Positions 23,705 through 37,800 are shown, counted from the first letter of the whole stretch. The stretch is 63,174 bases of DNA, filler included, from Craspedostauros australis (GCA_030167865.1; 12 parts of 12 records of this genome joined end to end with filler, not necessarily neighbours in it); one strand, 5' to 3'. Made by a program: numbers and translations. Notes: generated by a model not told the origin, from the sequence alone.

Positions 23705-25028
23705 GCATGTCCTCGTTGGTGTCGTTGGTCTCGTTGAGGAGGATGGCGGATGTGGAGATGTACGTTGACGCTGGGTCTTTGGCGGAAGGTGGATCCTCAC
23801 CGTCCATGTCCATGTCCATGTCCATGTCCACATTGCTGTGGTTGGATTCCTTGGAAAGGGAGTTGGTGGAGTCCTGGTTGCCGTGGTTGCTGGTCGATGA
23901 ATTGGAGGTGGCGGCCGTGCGCTGGGTGCCGTCATTTTTTGGCGGAGACCATGGAAGAGAAGAGCCCGGAATCCCCATTGGAATGGGCACCGAATTCGCC
24001 TGGCTTGCGTTTGTTGACAGTTCTGGTGGATGGTCGCTCCGTCTCGTCGCCCTCCTCGCCTTCGACGACAGACTCCAGTCCACCTTCCTGGCGGATGGAG
24101 GACATCCTCTTGTCGGAGGAGAAGCCGAAGGACGAGATCCCCGTTGGAGGAGGCGTTGGGGCTGCCTCTGACCGGCGGGGGTGTCCTGGCTGTCGCGGTG
24201 GTGGCGGTGTTGGGAGATGTTCCGATCGCACGTGGGCGCTGGTCGGATGTGGAACGGAATTCGTCACGAAAGGAGTCGTCTCGCATGGAGTCGTCCTCGT
24301 CTGTGAACTCGTCGAAGCCTCCATCGGTCNNNNNNNNNNNNNNNNNNNNNNNNNNNNNNNNNNNNNNNNNNNNNNNNNNNNNNNNNNNNNNNNNNNNNNN
24401 NNNNNNNNNNNNNNNNNNNNNNNNNNNNNNNNNNNNNNNNNNNNNNNNNNNNNNNNNNNNNNNNNNNNNNNNNNGACTGTGGCTGCGACTGCGGCTGTTG
24501 GCGTCGGCACCCTCATCGTCGTCGCTGTTGTCGCTGTCAATGTCGTCGTCCAGGCCTTCTTCGAAGCCTTCGTCGAAGGGCTCCTCGTCGCTGTCCACCA
24601 CCCTCCTCGCACTGATGGAGTCCACCATGTCGGCGTCGAAGTCCTGCTGNNNNNNNNNNNNNNNNNNNNNNNNNNNNNNNNNNNNNNNNNNNNNNNNNNT
24701 CGAAGGGCTCCTCGTCGCTGTCCACCACCCTCCTCGCACTGATGGAGTCCACCATGTCGGCGTCGAAGTCCTGCTGCGAGTGCCTGGAGAACTCTGCCTC
24801 ATTGTCATCGCTGTACACGGTCTGCTGCTTGCTGCCCAGGTCGTCCATGTACTTGGAGGTGTAGGCGGAAGCGTGGCCGGTGGGCAATGATGCTGCCGAT
24901 GACGACATGGAGCTTGGTGATGGCGCAGAGTTGCGGCCGTACTGGTGGCCGGTCTTGCGTTCAATGCCGGAGGTGGAGGAGGACGACCGTGAAGCCTTGC
25001 TGGTGAACGGGAATCTGTTGTCTTCCAT
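23705..25028 (-). CDS. Host hypothetical protein, acidic/Ser-rich disordered N-terminal part (3'-truncated)
   Basis: Starts MEDNRFPF. The coding-like frame appears to shift at homopolymers near 24140 and 23935. Interrupted by gaps. Confidence 0.55.
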
Positions 25029-26477
25029 CGATTTGTGTTGTCTTCTGTTGCCTTGTATTGTGTTGTTTTGGGAATGATCTGCTCTGTTGCTTCGTTCAAT
25101 CGTTCAATCGCACAATGATCGATGCTCAATGTTGAATGTTGAATGGACGGCCTGTTGCGACGAACGTACTTGCCGATGGCGCAGTATCCAATGTCCAATA
25201 TCCAATGGTGAATCTACTCTCTCTCTCTCTCTCCAGCGATTCTTGAGGCAACGGGGTGATGCGATGGGATACACAATGTGGTTGATGTTGATGATGGTGT
25301 CGCCGTTGCGATTGTTGAGCCTGTCAAAGGAAATGGCTGTCAGTGGTTCTCAATCCACGACGGAAGAAAAGTGTCGGGGATGGTGTGACAGTGAGTTCGT
25401 TGCCACCAACATGCACGCAATGTGGATGACACCAATCATCCTCTTTTGATGCATCAACCACGTCCTTGTTGTCAATGCTGCCATTGCTGTGATTCTTCTG
25501 GTTGTGGCTGTCTCTGTGATTGGGCGATCAATGAGCGAGGAATCAAGTCAACCAGCCGGCATCGTTCGAAGTCTCTCTCAAGAAGCAGAGAGAGAAACAA
25601 GAGAGAGTGTTGGTATTGTACTCGGTGAATAGATACTTGATGGAGACAGTGATCATCATGTGAGCGTTGCGGTTGTGACGATCTGCGTCAGTATTCTGTA
25701 GCGATGTCTGCAGCGCCACCACCATGACCATCATCGTCATCACGAAATGAATCGTTTTGCACACGTTCGTTGTTGATCACGAGACTGATCGTTGATTCAG
25801 TCGCCACAGAGATCGCAATGATCGAGTGAGGCGAGATGAGTCCTGGATACTTTTGTTGTGAATTGTAACACGAGTGGTGTCACCATCGTCATTGTCGTCA
25901 TCCTCTTGACAAAACACGAGAAACGCCTCTGATGTCCACCGAAGAAGTCATCGTGGGTGGATTCTCCACATCGTGGATCTGCCCATCGGAGTCGTCCGAT
26001 GACATCCAACTCCCGAAGAACTGTATCGATTGGAGAAGTTTCGTGGTTGACTCCCCCAAGACCATCACAGAGGGATGTACTATACTCATATTCCACGAGC
26101 TATGGTATCACATGAAGAAGCGCAACTGCGGAGCGTGGCCAAGTCGGGCACCATCGAAGGTCGTATCGTGTGCGCGAGCGAGCGAGTTAGCCAGCTTCCG
26201 ATCATGATGTGGCTGTCCACGATCGTAGCATGCCATGGTGGAACTGCGCAAGTCCATGCAGGCGTGTTGGTTGACGACACGTTGCTTCGTGATCAATGCA
26301 CAGGATCATGAAATGGAGGACAACAAACTTGAGCAGATGAGCTCACAATCGACATCCAGGCTCAACTGATTTGGGACTACATACTCTACCAGCTCTGCCT
26401 ACTCTACCTACTCTACTCGTACGATTGTACCACCAACAGCAATAAGCAGCAACGACAAGAAAAGGACGAACCGCAAC

Positions 26478-27204
26478 ATGGATGATGTCGCCAACACCAA
26501 TACCAACAGCGATCATGATCCAGACTTCAACATTTTCTGGAAACAACTCCATCAAGAAAAGCTGTCACCGAAGACTGTGTTCAATGTGCAGAGTCATCCA
26601 AGACAGCAGGTTGAATGCTGCAGCGTCACACCCAAGCGGATGGAATACTGGGACATGGCCATCAAAGCAGGATTCACCTTTGCTGACTTGGAATCGATGG
26701 TGGAGCGGCACAAGCACATTGCTTTAGCACCTCATGTTCTGCTGAGCGATTCGTCTCGCAGGGGCTGGTGGTGGATGGGCATTCGATCCCTGAATCTGGA
26801 ATTCGACACCAAGGACCAATTCGGAGAAGAAGACAAGCAAGCGATTCGCTTCGTAGTTCGATTGGCTGTCGAACACCCACCCGAATCTTCATCCGACGAA
26901 GGCATCCACTTGCCTCAAAGCTTCGTGGAGATGAAGCAGCTCCACGATATCCCTCTTGTGACACATTGTGTGGATTTGTGGTCATGTGATCTTGTTGATT
27001 GCGACAAGCTCATGTTCAACATCTCCCAAAACTCGAAATACGTTTCGTTTAGTTTCTGTGAGCTCGCCAATGGGGGCGCTGATTTGTGCAGATGGCTGTC
27101 TCCAAACAATTGCAGAATCGCCGAAGTATCCTTTTTCCGCACCTATATCACTTGTGATAGCTTGGCAAAGCTATTCCAGTCAAACAAGCGCATCAACAAG
27201 CTCC
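26478..27204 (+). CDS. Hypothetical protein, possibly RNI-like leucine-rich repeat (3'-truncated)
   Basis: ORF open to the linker; degenerate LxLxxC/N periodicity (VDLWSCDL, VSFSFCEL, IAEVSFFRTYI, NKRINKL). Confidence 0.55.
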
Positions 27205-27304
27205 NNNNNNNNNNNNNNNNNNNNNNNNNNNNNNNNNNNNNNNNNNNNTTAATTAATTAANNNNNNNNNNNNNNNNNNNNNNNNNNNNNNNNNNNNNNNN
27301 NNNN

Positions 27305-29016
27305 TCTGCGGCCGCGTGGGATGGCGTCTCGTTTGATCTTGCTGTACACTTTGCGTGTATCCATGGAGTCGAACTCTTTCTTGATGGCTGCTCGATATCC
27401 CTTTCGATGGATAGGGTCTGGACGATTGAAAGCTCCATCGAATGTTGTAGGTTCGATGTGCTTCTCTGGTTCTTTCTTCTCGTCCTGCATCGACAATCCG
27501 ATGTCGATCGCTGGTGACTCGGTGATGATTGCGTTCATTCCGTACAGTCCTGTTGTGCTATAGTGAGTGATCTCAATCTCTCCTTCATCTGCAATTTCTT
27601 CGTCATCTGTAGTTTCGTTGTTGNNNNNNNNNNNNNNNNNNNNNNNNNNNNNNNNNNNNNNNNNNTTGGATGATGGATCGCTTTCATATCCTTCTTCCTT
27701 TCGACCTCGTTCGTTGAAGTCTGCGAGCTCACGCAGAGCTCTAGGAATACTCTTTCCTGTAGTTGACTTGGGATCAGTTTCTCCCTTCCTGCCTCGTGCT
27801 TCGTGACGTCGGATCCTCTCCTTTCTAGCTATGTCACGCTCGTTTGGCTTGCTCGGTGGAGATCTGGATGGTGTACCATGTGTAGACCTCGCTGGTGTGT
27901 TTGGAGGAGTAACGCCTGTGTCATCGTCGGCTTCGTCGCTGGATGGTGTGATCTCGTCATCCTCATGATTGGATTCGCTCCGATCTTCCTNNNNNNNNNN
28001 NNNNNNNNNNNNNNNNNNNNNNNNNNNNNNNNNNNNNNNNNNNNNNNNNNNNNNNNNNNNNNNNNNNNNNNNNNNNNNNNNNNNNNNNNNNNNNNNNNNN
28101 NNNNNNNNNNNNNNNNNNNNNNNNNNNNNNNNNNNNNNNNNNNNNNNNNNNNNNNNNNNNNNNNNNNNNNNNNNNNNNNNNNNNNNNNTGGATATGTTCG
28201 GTGCTGGTGCCCAGCCACGGAACTGTCCGTATGATTGGTTGAGCCACTTGATGTCGCGTGAGCAGATGAGTGACTTGGTCGATGGTCTGTACNNNNNNNN
28301 NNNNNNNNNNNNNNNNNNNNNNNNNNNNNNNNNNNNNNNNNNGAGTAACGCCTGTGTCATCGTCGGCTTCGTCGCTGGATGGTGTGATCTCGTCATCCTC
28401 ATGATTGGATTCGCTCCGATCTTCCTTGTCGCTATGGACCAGTTGAGTTACTGCTCCATCGTCCTCATTATCCTCATCGTCGCTGTCCGATAGGATGTAG
28501 TACCTGTTACTGTCAGCGAAAGATACTCTCTTCGCTTCCGATGTTTGACGCGTTGCCGTCCTTGGCGTTGCTCCCTTCCGTCCGATGGTTGTGAAGCCGT
28601 CTGCNNNNNNNNNNNNNNNNNNNNNNNNNNNNNNNNNNNNNNNNNNNNNNNNNNNNNNNNNNNNNNNNNNNNNNNNNNNNNNNNNNNNNNNNNNNNNNNN
28701 NNNNNNNNNNNNNNNNNNNNNNNNNNNNNNNNNNNNNNNNNNNNNNNNNTGTTGGTGTGCATATCCAATGAACACCATCTCTTCTCCTCTATTCTTGAGT
28801 TTGGCGGTAATCCCGCCGTAGGTAGTCTTCACAACACCCACTTCTCCGAAAGTGCGGAGTGCATCCGCATATGGTGGATCGTTTCCGAAGAATTGTCGAT
28901 GTGGTGACTCCTTTTTATTCTTCGCTACGGTAATGTTGGCGATGGCGGTGGCAGTGCTAGCAGCTGCTGCCCACAGGCCATGCCTATACTCTTCGTCGAG
29001 CTGTGCTCCGTTGAGC
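27305..29016 (-). mobile_element. pol: Copia family A pol fragment (IN C-terminus to RT start)
   Basis: Near-identical translation to 6330-8370; gapped and internally redundant. Confidence 0.93.
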
Positions 29017-29116
29017 NNNNNNNNNNNNNNNNNNNNNNNNNNNNNNNNNNNNNNNNNNNNTTAATTAATTAANNNNNNNNNNNNNNNNNNNNNNNNNNNN
29101 NNNNNNNNNNNNNNNN

Positions 29117-32100
29117 CACCAGCGAGTTCTGCTCCGCCACGGATCGGTTGTGGTAGATCTTCGAGATCCGGGTATTCTCCTTCACCAGCTGGGCGTTGGG
29201 GACGCCTGCATGATCAACGTCGTGGATGAGCGCCGAGAATGCACATGCGAACTGCGTCAACGGATCGGACGTGATGCCGTAGGTGTGATCGTGCAGGGTC
29301 GCCGCGATGCTTTGGGCAGCCTGCACGTCGGATGAGAAGGCACGCGAAGACGGAGTGCCAGGCTTGCTGTTCCCGTGAGCCTCATTCGCCACCGATGCAG
29401 CGTCTTTCCGCATCTTGAGCTCATCGGCCGTCGGAGCGACGATGCGGGATAGCAGCTTGATGACGGACATGGTCACGTGAGATGCATGTTCGAAGTTGTG
29501 GAAGGAGTTGCTCTCGTTGTACAGTTGCGCGATGGCTGTGATAAAGGACCGGAGCTGCTTGGTCACGGCAGCTGGAACTTCTACCGTCTCCCCGCCGAGC
29601 TCTTCGGTCGTCGCTTGCTCCACGTCTGGGTTGAACGGAGGGAGGTAGATGATCTCCTGGACCTCGTTGAGGGGGAACTTCATGGAGTCAATCCCAGATT
29701 GCTCCTGCTGCTCCTTCCGTTGCCGCAGTTGGAACTTCAACATGTGATCGGATGTGGAAGCCTTCTTCGTTGGAATCTTTGTCATATGTCGACGGTACAC
29801 CATGATGCGCTGCATCAGCGTCGTCATCATCTCGACATTCCAGTTGACCAACCGCATCGTCCGCTCACTCATGTCGTCATTCATCGCATCGGACGAGGTC
29901 CCACCCCTTCGTTTTGGACCGACCGAGTCAGACAGGCTGCCGTTTGTACTCACAGTTTCCGTGGCCACGCTAAGGCCGTCGGATCCCTGTTCTTGGATGC
30001 GCTTGATCCAAAATCTGTTGGGAGTAAATGTGAGCATAGGATGTGTGGAGTATCGTAGAAGAGTCGGAAAAAGCAGAGAAGACGTTTGGATCGACACAAT
30101 GTGTGAGAGTGGCAAGAATTTGTGCATGCATGGCAGAAGCATTCTGGCAGGCGCAGTATGAGAAGACCATTGACGTCCGCCCTCTCCGTCACCACACGAG
30201 TCAGCAAGGCATGGCGCAGCACATTACAGCGCAACACAGCACAACATCCTCAAATACGCCATACGAGTACGTACGTTTGCATTTCCCCTTTGCCTTTGGC
30301 ATGCACCAGCCCATCCCTCTTGGCAACCCAATGTCCCTTATCGCAAACAGTGAGACAGTCTGCCGTTTCTGCCGATATGTGGATGCGGCCGATCTGGCCA
30401 GTACTCTCCATGCGCGAGGCCGTGTTCATCGTGTCTCCAAACAGCTGGAATCGAGCTCGCTCGCCGCGCAGCACGCCAGCTGTCACCGGGCCCGAATGGA
30501 TACCAATGCGCAACGAGAGCTCGGCAGTGTCTGGCCCATGAGAGATCTCCAAGTCCTTGGTCATGGTATCCATCCTGCGGAGGATGTCGTGTGCGAAGCG
30601 GACCATGACCACGGCGTGATCCTTCTTGTACTCGGGGATCCCAGTCGCTGCGACGTAGCAATCGGCTACAGTTTCAACCTTGAACACCCTGCGGGCCATT
30701 GCTAACCGGTCGAAGGACGAGAAGATAGCCTCCAGGAACGTGAATACCTGCGATGGCTCTCGGATGGAACTCCAGGCCGTGAAGCCTGCAATATCGGCGA
30801 ACATGATGCTCGTCTCCAGGAACAGATCAGCGATTGGCTGCTTGTTCAGGTCGTCGTCGCCCACGCGGCCTGCGAGGAAGTTCTTCATGTTGGCGATGCG
30901 CTTTTCCACGTCGTCATGCTCATTTGAGTCGTGTTGGATGATCCGGTCGCGGATGTTGGAGGGGATGAGACTTGAAACGAGAGCGTTGGACTGGGCCGCG
31001 CTGGCTACCAGCTTCTCGTTGCGGCGGTACACGAACATGTCGTAGATGTAGAAGATGATCGCGACCATGAATATCACGGCTGATACAGCGCCGGCAAAGA
31101 TCCTTGGAAGAGCATTGTAGAATTGGTCTTCGAATCTTCTGGAAGGGTAGGCGAACATTGTGTATTGACAATGGTTGGGAGTTGCTGCGAAGTCAGGATG
31201 ATTGCTGAGTGACAGATCGATAGTGAACTCATACTTGTTATACTTCGAATCGTGAAAGTCGCCTGTGCAAGTTGGGACAATGTTGACGAGAGTAGAGCAG
31301 AGCAGAGTATTGGTGTACGCAGCAAGGTAGTCGGAATGGTGTGAGCGACAATCAGCATATGTGAACATGTTGACGTGCACACAAGTGCGAATCAGGATAC
31401 GCAGAGCGGTGCAATTTGTTCCTCTTCTGTGACAGCACGAGCTTAGATTGAGCAACCCCAAGCACAATCGCAAGGAATTGAGCTTGCAACAGTGCCAGCC
31501 AACCAATCTGCGCACACTCACCTTCTCCCTGATAAAGTGCGTCATGGCCATCAATGATGTAGGTGAACGTTTGACCACAGGTATTCTTGATGACTGCGAT
31601 GATTCCCTTCCTGTTGGTGGGAAGCAAGTCCCTGAGCGGCGCATCCAAGCTAACTGCGCCGCTCAGCAAACCAACAATCCTTGATGTCGGATCTGACGCA
31701 TGCTGATGGACAGGATGGTACACGAAGGAATGCGGATGGTCTGTCTTTGATGCTCGGAGGCGGGAATGGTACTTAGCATGCTCTTGCTCGGTCATCACGA
31801 CCTGTATTTGTTTCCTGATGTCGAATGCGCCAGTCATGAGGGTCTGGTTACGAAGACGCAAGAGCGCGTTGACGATTCTATCTGGTCTGGTGGCCATGTC
31901 CCTGTTGATCAACCCGTATGTGAACGGCGGGGGGCCGAACTCCCAGGCAGGAAAACGTGAGTCAGGTCTATCAGGTGATAGGGTTGGATCGATGGCGTAT
32001 ACATGGGGGTTGTAGCCCACCGGCTTCAGCCTATTCGTATGACCGTACCTCTCCACGTGCCAGTCCTCGACCATCTTTTCGTAGCGCTCACTTGCGTACT

Positions 32101-33683
32101 TNNNNNNNNNNNNNNNNNNNNNNNNNNNNNNNNNNNNNNNNNNNNNNNNNNACTGCGCCGCTCAGCAAACCAACAATCCTTGATGTCGGATCTGACGCAT
32201 GCTGATGGACAGGATGGTACACGAAGGAATGCGGATGGTCTGTCTTTGATGCTCGGAGGCGGGAATGGTACTTAGCATGCTCTTGCTCGGTCATCACGAC
32301 CTGTATTTGTTTCCTGATGTCGAATGCGCCAGTCATGAGGGTCTGGTTACGAAGANGCAAGAGCGCGTTGACGATTCTATCTGGTCTGGTGGCCATGTCN
32401 CTGTTGATCAACCCNTATGTGAACGGCGGGGGGCCGAACTCCCAGGCAGGAAAACGTGAGTCAGGTCTATCAGGTGATAGGGTTGGATCGATGGCGTATA
32501 CATGGGGGTTGTAGCCCACCGGCTTCAGCCTATTCGTATGACCGTACCTCTCCACGTGCCAGTCCTCGACCATCTTTTCGTAGCGCTCACTTGCGTACTT
32601 TTCCCACTCCTCTTCTTCGTCGCCTGGCTCCACTCGATGGAAGGCCCCAGCCAACTCCATCTGAGACAGCTGCAGGAAGTTGTCAATGTGGGTCTGGAAG
32701 GACGGCATGGTGATGAAGGGCCAGGTCTGATTCGTTGATTCGACATAGATAGACATGGAGTCCGCAAGTGTTTTGCAAGCCAACTGCAAGCGTCCAACAT
32801 GACCCAGTGCATTGTCCTCAAGTGATTGTGTGACGCTTCGATACTATCGTAGGAGCATTCGGACAGCAAGGGTGTAAAAGGTAAGCATGGTGTCGAGTCG
32901 GATCAATTGGGTGTGAGAGCATTGCTCGCATAATGATGGACGAAGTGACGAAGCGTAGGCAGTCATGCATGGTGAACGATCGTCGACAGAGTATTGGTAT
33001 ACCACGAGTAGAGCTAACCATATCACAAGAAGAAGAAGGTTCCCAGTCAGCTGAGCAGCGGCTCAGCAGCCAATCAGTCAAGCAAACGCTCTTGGTCAAC
33101 ACCGGGATGCTTATCTGGTCGACTTGTATGGTACATCCAACCACACAGCCCCAAAGCCTACAAGCCCCAAAGCCACGAAGACTCATAGTCGTAATCCCCA
33201 GCCGTACGAGCACAGCCGGTACTCACCGTGGCCTCCATGATCGAAGTTTGCTCATTGTCAAGCAGCTACGAGTATTGCCATGGTATGGTACATATCGAAA
33301 GAAGGGGAAGGACAAGGGGAGAAGCAACAGTCGTGAGAAAGTATCGTGTCCAATCACCCGCTCTGCGTCGCCGGAGTATTCTGCGGTAGTTCCACTCGCA
33401 ATGTTGCGGCACTGGAGAGCAGACCGAAGTGAGAGAAGCAACGTACCATATAGGTGGTGAGGCTGACTGCCACCGCCGTGGCAAACAGCGCCCCCGTGAC
33501 AATCCAGCGCCAACATCGGACGCTCCTCGTGTCGCGTCTGGCCACGTCGCGGATTTCCTGAACCTCGTCAACCTTGGGTTCATCGTAGGAGCTGTGGAAT
33601 GATGTCGCGTCCGAGCTGGCTACGTTGACGTTGCCCTCCTCGATGGCGCCTGGTTTCCTGGAGTCTTCGTTCATCATCGTCAC
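29117..33683 (-). CDS. Membrane class III nucleotide cyclase (guanylate-like) fused to a class I phosphodiesterase domain; multi-exon, 3'-truncated
   Basis: TM1 (WIVTGALFATAVAVSLTTY), extracellular region, TM2 (IFAGAVSAVIFMVAIIFYIY), cyclase (FADIAGFT, FKVETVADCY, RFQLFGDTMNTASRMES), PDE (FHNFEHASHV, HDVDHAGVPN). GT-AG introns 31521-31263 and 30274-30015 keep the frame. Exons between 33446 and ~32790 are unresolved. Confidence 0.9.
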
Positions 33684-35107
33684 CTCCCTGCTTTGGCCGT
33701 ACTTGTGCGAGTGCTTGTCAAGAGTTGTTGTGTTAGCGAAATGATTGTGATTGAGATTGAGATTGTGTTTGTATTTGTGATTGTGTCACTCCGCAACAGG
33801 GAACAGCAGAGTAGAGTAGAGCAGGTCGCAGCGCAGAGTACGCGTATCTGAATGTGTTGGCTTTGTGGATTGTGTTTGTTCTTGCGGAGCCGCAACAAGT
33901 GGTTTGTGCAAGGCTTCACTTCATGTACGGATGGTGTGTCTTGGGCATGAAGTGCTTTTTCCGCACGGTCTGTTGGTGGAGAGATTGTGAGAGAATCAGA
34001 AAGAGGAAAACAGAACATCGTTTCGCTAGTTTGTTGAACAAGGCCTTCCTCAATCATAGCGAGAGATGACGCCGCCGCGAGTGCGAGACATGAGCAATTA
34101 TGCTCTTCGAAGCAACCTGGGAGAGTCAAACGTGTGAACGGCTCATTGATTTGCCGAAGTCTGCAACCGAACGGACCACACGACTTTTATCAATGCATAC
34201 ACACAAACGCAAAGCGCAACATGCTCTTTGGTATCGTTTCCGCCTTCGTGCAACAAAAACAGGAATCCTCATGTTGTTGGCACAATCGCCATGTTCCATG
34301 CGAAACAGTGATTCTTGTTCGCCTTTATCCATCATCACCAACGATCGTTCGTGAATACAAACTGAACTCACATCGTGGATACAAACAACAACACAGCCTC
34401 CTTGTGAACGAACTTCTTGTTTTCTGAGAGGTTGAACATGACAGCGACCATGCCACTTTTTCTTGTTCCCAAGAAGGACCAAGATGATGCTGAGCGTTCC
34501 AAGGATGTGCCGAATGTGGTCCCGTGTGAAGTTGGAGCGTCTTGCCAACTGCCCAAAGAGTTTCATGACACAATCGAACGATACTTCCGCCGCCCCAACA
34601 CAGCGCGAAATAATCCTCAAGTGTTCTCTTTAGCACGCTGACATTCGATGACGCATCAATAGGCCTGCCAAAGAAAAGATGGGCTGCAGATACGTTTGTC
34701 GTAGAGGACGCATGTGAGACATGAATACGACGTCAGCCAAGAGAAACGAATAAGCCTAAAGGTTGAGGGAAATATGGTTCAAGGTGGTTAATCCAGTTGA
34801 GATCGCGACCTTGCACTGTGCGTAGACTGCATAGTAGAGTAGAGTAGAGTAGTGCGGAGGAGCGCCAGGAAGAGTGCACTGCACAAAGTACAGTACGTAC
34901 GGTCCTGAAATCTCGTCGAACAAAAAGAGACCAGCGCACCCTGATCCAGGCACATTTGTGGCTCGCAGAGCGGAGTCGAGTTCTCTGGGAGGCTTGTTTA
35001 AACCGCAGTACCAAATGTAGTATTGATTCAGGAACAGGCCAAAGCACATCGAGTATAGCCATCTTAGGCTCAATGTGTGTGGACGGCATCACCAATCAAC
35101 CAGTACT

Positions 35108-36250
35108 TGTTGAGAATCCAGAGTTATAGTAGTATTCTAAGTTGTTGTTAGATCGTACCGTTTTGAACTGTAAGATCAATCGTATTGTCTCCTCTCAACC
35201 CCAATTCAATAGCAAGCAAAATCCATAGTAGCACACCATGATCATATGCATGCCCATGGTTGCTTTCATCTGTATCATCATCTTGCTCTCTCTCTCTCTC
35301 TCTCTTGCCATCTCATGGCGCATTTCAGTAGCTTTGTTTCTCTTCTACACTCATGCAGGACATCTTGTAGCCATGCAGGACATCTTGTAGCCATGCAGGT
35401 ACCTTGCCATGGGTCTCATGTCGATCGATCCCACATCATCGTCAATACCTCAGTATTCCTCCCATGCTGCCACCACATTTTCTGTGATTGTCTTTGTCAC
35501 ATGTCATGTCACCATTCGTGCTCTTGGGTGACTGAGGGATCGCCTCCATTTCTCTTGCTCAGTGTTTCTCCCTTTTGGGAAATTCTGGAGTGTCTCTATC
35601 CATCGAGGCATGTCAACTTGTTAGAGATGCATTGTTTGTACCATTCATAGTCTTGGCTCATGCGCAGATGCATCCCTTGTGGTCGGATCCCAGGTTCGCA
35701 CTCATTCTTGTGACAGACCATGGACAGACTCTGTTGCAGGGCATGACTGGGTGTGATGCCAGTCATGGATGGTCATCTGAGGTAGGACATGCTACAAGGT
35801 GGTCCGAGTGTGATCAACAATAGTTGAATCTATTGAGACGTCATGATGTATGGAGAGGTGCGGTAACCGTAGGTATCTTGACAAAGTCGTACTCCCGATT
35901 CCTAACAGTTTTCACAAAAGGGTCGTAGGGCTGTGTAGCACCAGTACCACAGGTGGTTCCGTTCATTGAGATGGGAGCATGGCAAAGGTCTGCAATACAG
36001 GTTCCATGTCTTGCTGTTCCCTGGATCCGGCTGGCTTGGCCGGACATTGAGATTCCTATGGAAAGAGTTCCAATGACCTGGTCATTGGAATCCTTTTTCT
36101 TGGATCCAAGGGTCCAAAGATCTTCTTCAATGACTCATGCTTGCTCCAAACGTGGCGATATCCAAGGTGTGGTCCGGACCAATCCGAGTGAGAGTGAGTC
36201 ATGAGTGTCAGGAAATCCTCTCCTAACCTAAATGCTAGTTTAGCGTATTA
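35108..36250 (-). repeat. Probable solo LTR related to the 2614-3162 LTR
   Basis: The minus strand starts TAATACGCTAAACTAG (cf. TAATAGAGCTAAACTAG) and shares CCACGTTTGGAG. Candidate end ...CTCAACA. An alternative end at 35091 would give TSD GCATC. Confidence 0.55.
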
Positions 36251-36998
36251 GCATCCCAAACACACCATTGCATAGGTTGCAATGCAATTGCATAACTGGC
36301 ACCAATTTGCAAGCAATGACAACACCAACAACAGCGATCGCGACAAGTCAAGCGTGTTTTTGGTCTTGGATATAGCGGTAGATACTGATATGCCACACTT
36401 ATCGAAAGTGCGCCGACTGAATCGACTGGACCCTCCAACAGTACGATCACGATGATACTCTGCGATGTGAGATTCATCGTGTGTTCTGATTCGCTCGTGA
36501 TTTCGATACATGGGACTCACAGTAGCCAAACAAAGATGCAAAAACGTGTGCCAGCATTCAGTCGCTCGTTGGCAAACGGCCGTCGCGGAAGCGGGCGTTC
36601 CACTCCTCGCTCCACCCAGACGTTGTCCTGCCTTTTTGTCATCGACGATCAGGATCCAAAAAAGCTGCAGCACGGATCTTGTCTTCACAAGAGCGTCTTC
36701 GCCCATGCCACTTTGGGAGGCAGTGGATCTGGCACGAGGGACGTCGGCCATCCAGTCACAAAGAGTCCAAACAGGAAACGGCCGCGCCATCGACGAGGGT
36801 ACTTTGGCACAGGGATGCATCTCTGTCGCTCGTCCAGTCTTGACTTTGATGCCATTCTCTCACCCGCCAAAAGTCAAGGCGCCCAACCTCTTGCTTGTNN
36901 NNNNNNNNNNNNNNNNNNNNNNNNNNNNNNNNNNNNNNNNNNTTAATTAATTAANNNNNNNNNNNNNNNNNNNNNNNNNNNNNNNNNNNNNNNNNNNN

Positions 36999-37800
36999 AT
37001 GCAATGCATCTGTGCAGATCTTCCCTTGAATTGAACCATCATCTCATCTATGGCGCAAGCATAGCCAGGTTTCAGACACAGCTGCTTCGACACACTGTTG
37101 GTGTGGTTGAGAAGGGGCTGAACCTTGCCATACCACGACCGATCGGTCTGGAGCACTGGATGATACTTGGCGGATTGTTTCTGCTGTGATTGTGTGGATG
37201 CTCTTGCCTCCCTGCTTGGACTGTGGGGGCTACCAACATGATGCTCCTCATCTTCTGGTGGCAACCCTTCTGACACTCCTGATACATTCAGTTCCCAAGC
37301 TGAAACAAAGTCCATGGGGGCTCATGTCATCCTCAGCTTCTGGTGGTTCAGCTGCAGTCTCCACCGACAATTCAGACATTTTGTTCAAGGTTGGCAATGC
37401 AATGAAGTGCATAGGCTTCCATTCCATTTCATATCTTGCTCTGGACATGTGTGTCATGAGTAGATGAGTTGGAACAGAGATCAAGGCAGCTCTCCAGTAG
37501 TTAATTGTTGCTGGAGCTCAGAAGAATCCCATTTAGTAGTACATGGCAAAGAAGATGTACAGCTCAGGGACAGTGATGGCAGTTGCCATCAATTTGGTGT
37601 TGCAANGATGGCTGTTGGTGTNGAATTGGNTCTTCTCCAGTAGTGAAACTGGAAAGAAGATTNCCAGGATAGTGTCANTGTTCATTTCCACATTGTGGAT
37701 GGGCTGGACGTGCAGTTGTGTGCACTCACAGGTAGTGGCACATACTGAAGTGCTGGCTTTGTCTCATGTTGATGTTGTATGTGGTTCCCTGGATGATGTT
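36999..37800 (-). pseudogene. piggyBac-family transposase relic
   Basis: KVQPLLNH...AIDEMMVQFKGR (first catalytic Asp region); upstream ITVPELYIFFAMYY and MSRARYE motifs; stops and frameshifts. The upstream boundary is approximate. Confidence 0.8.
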
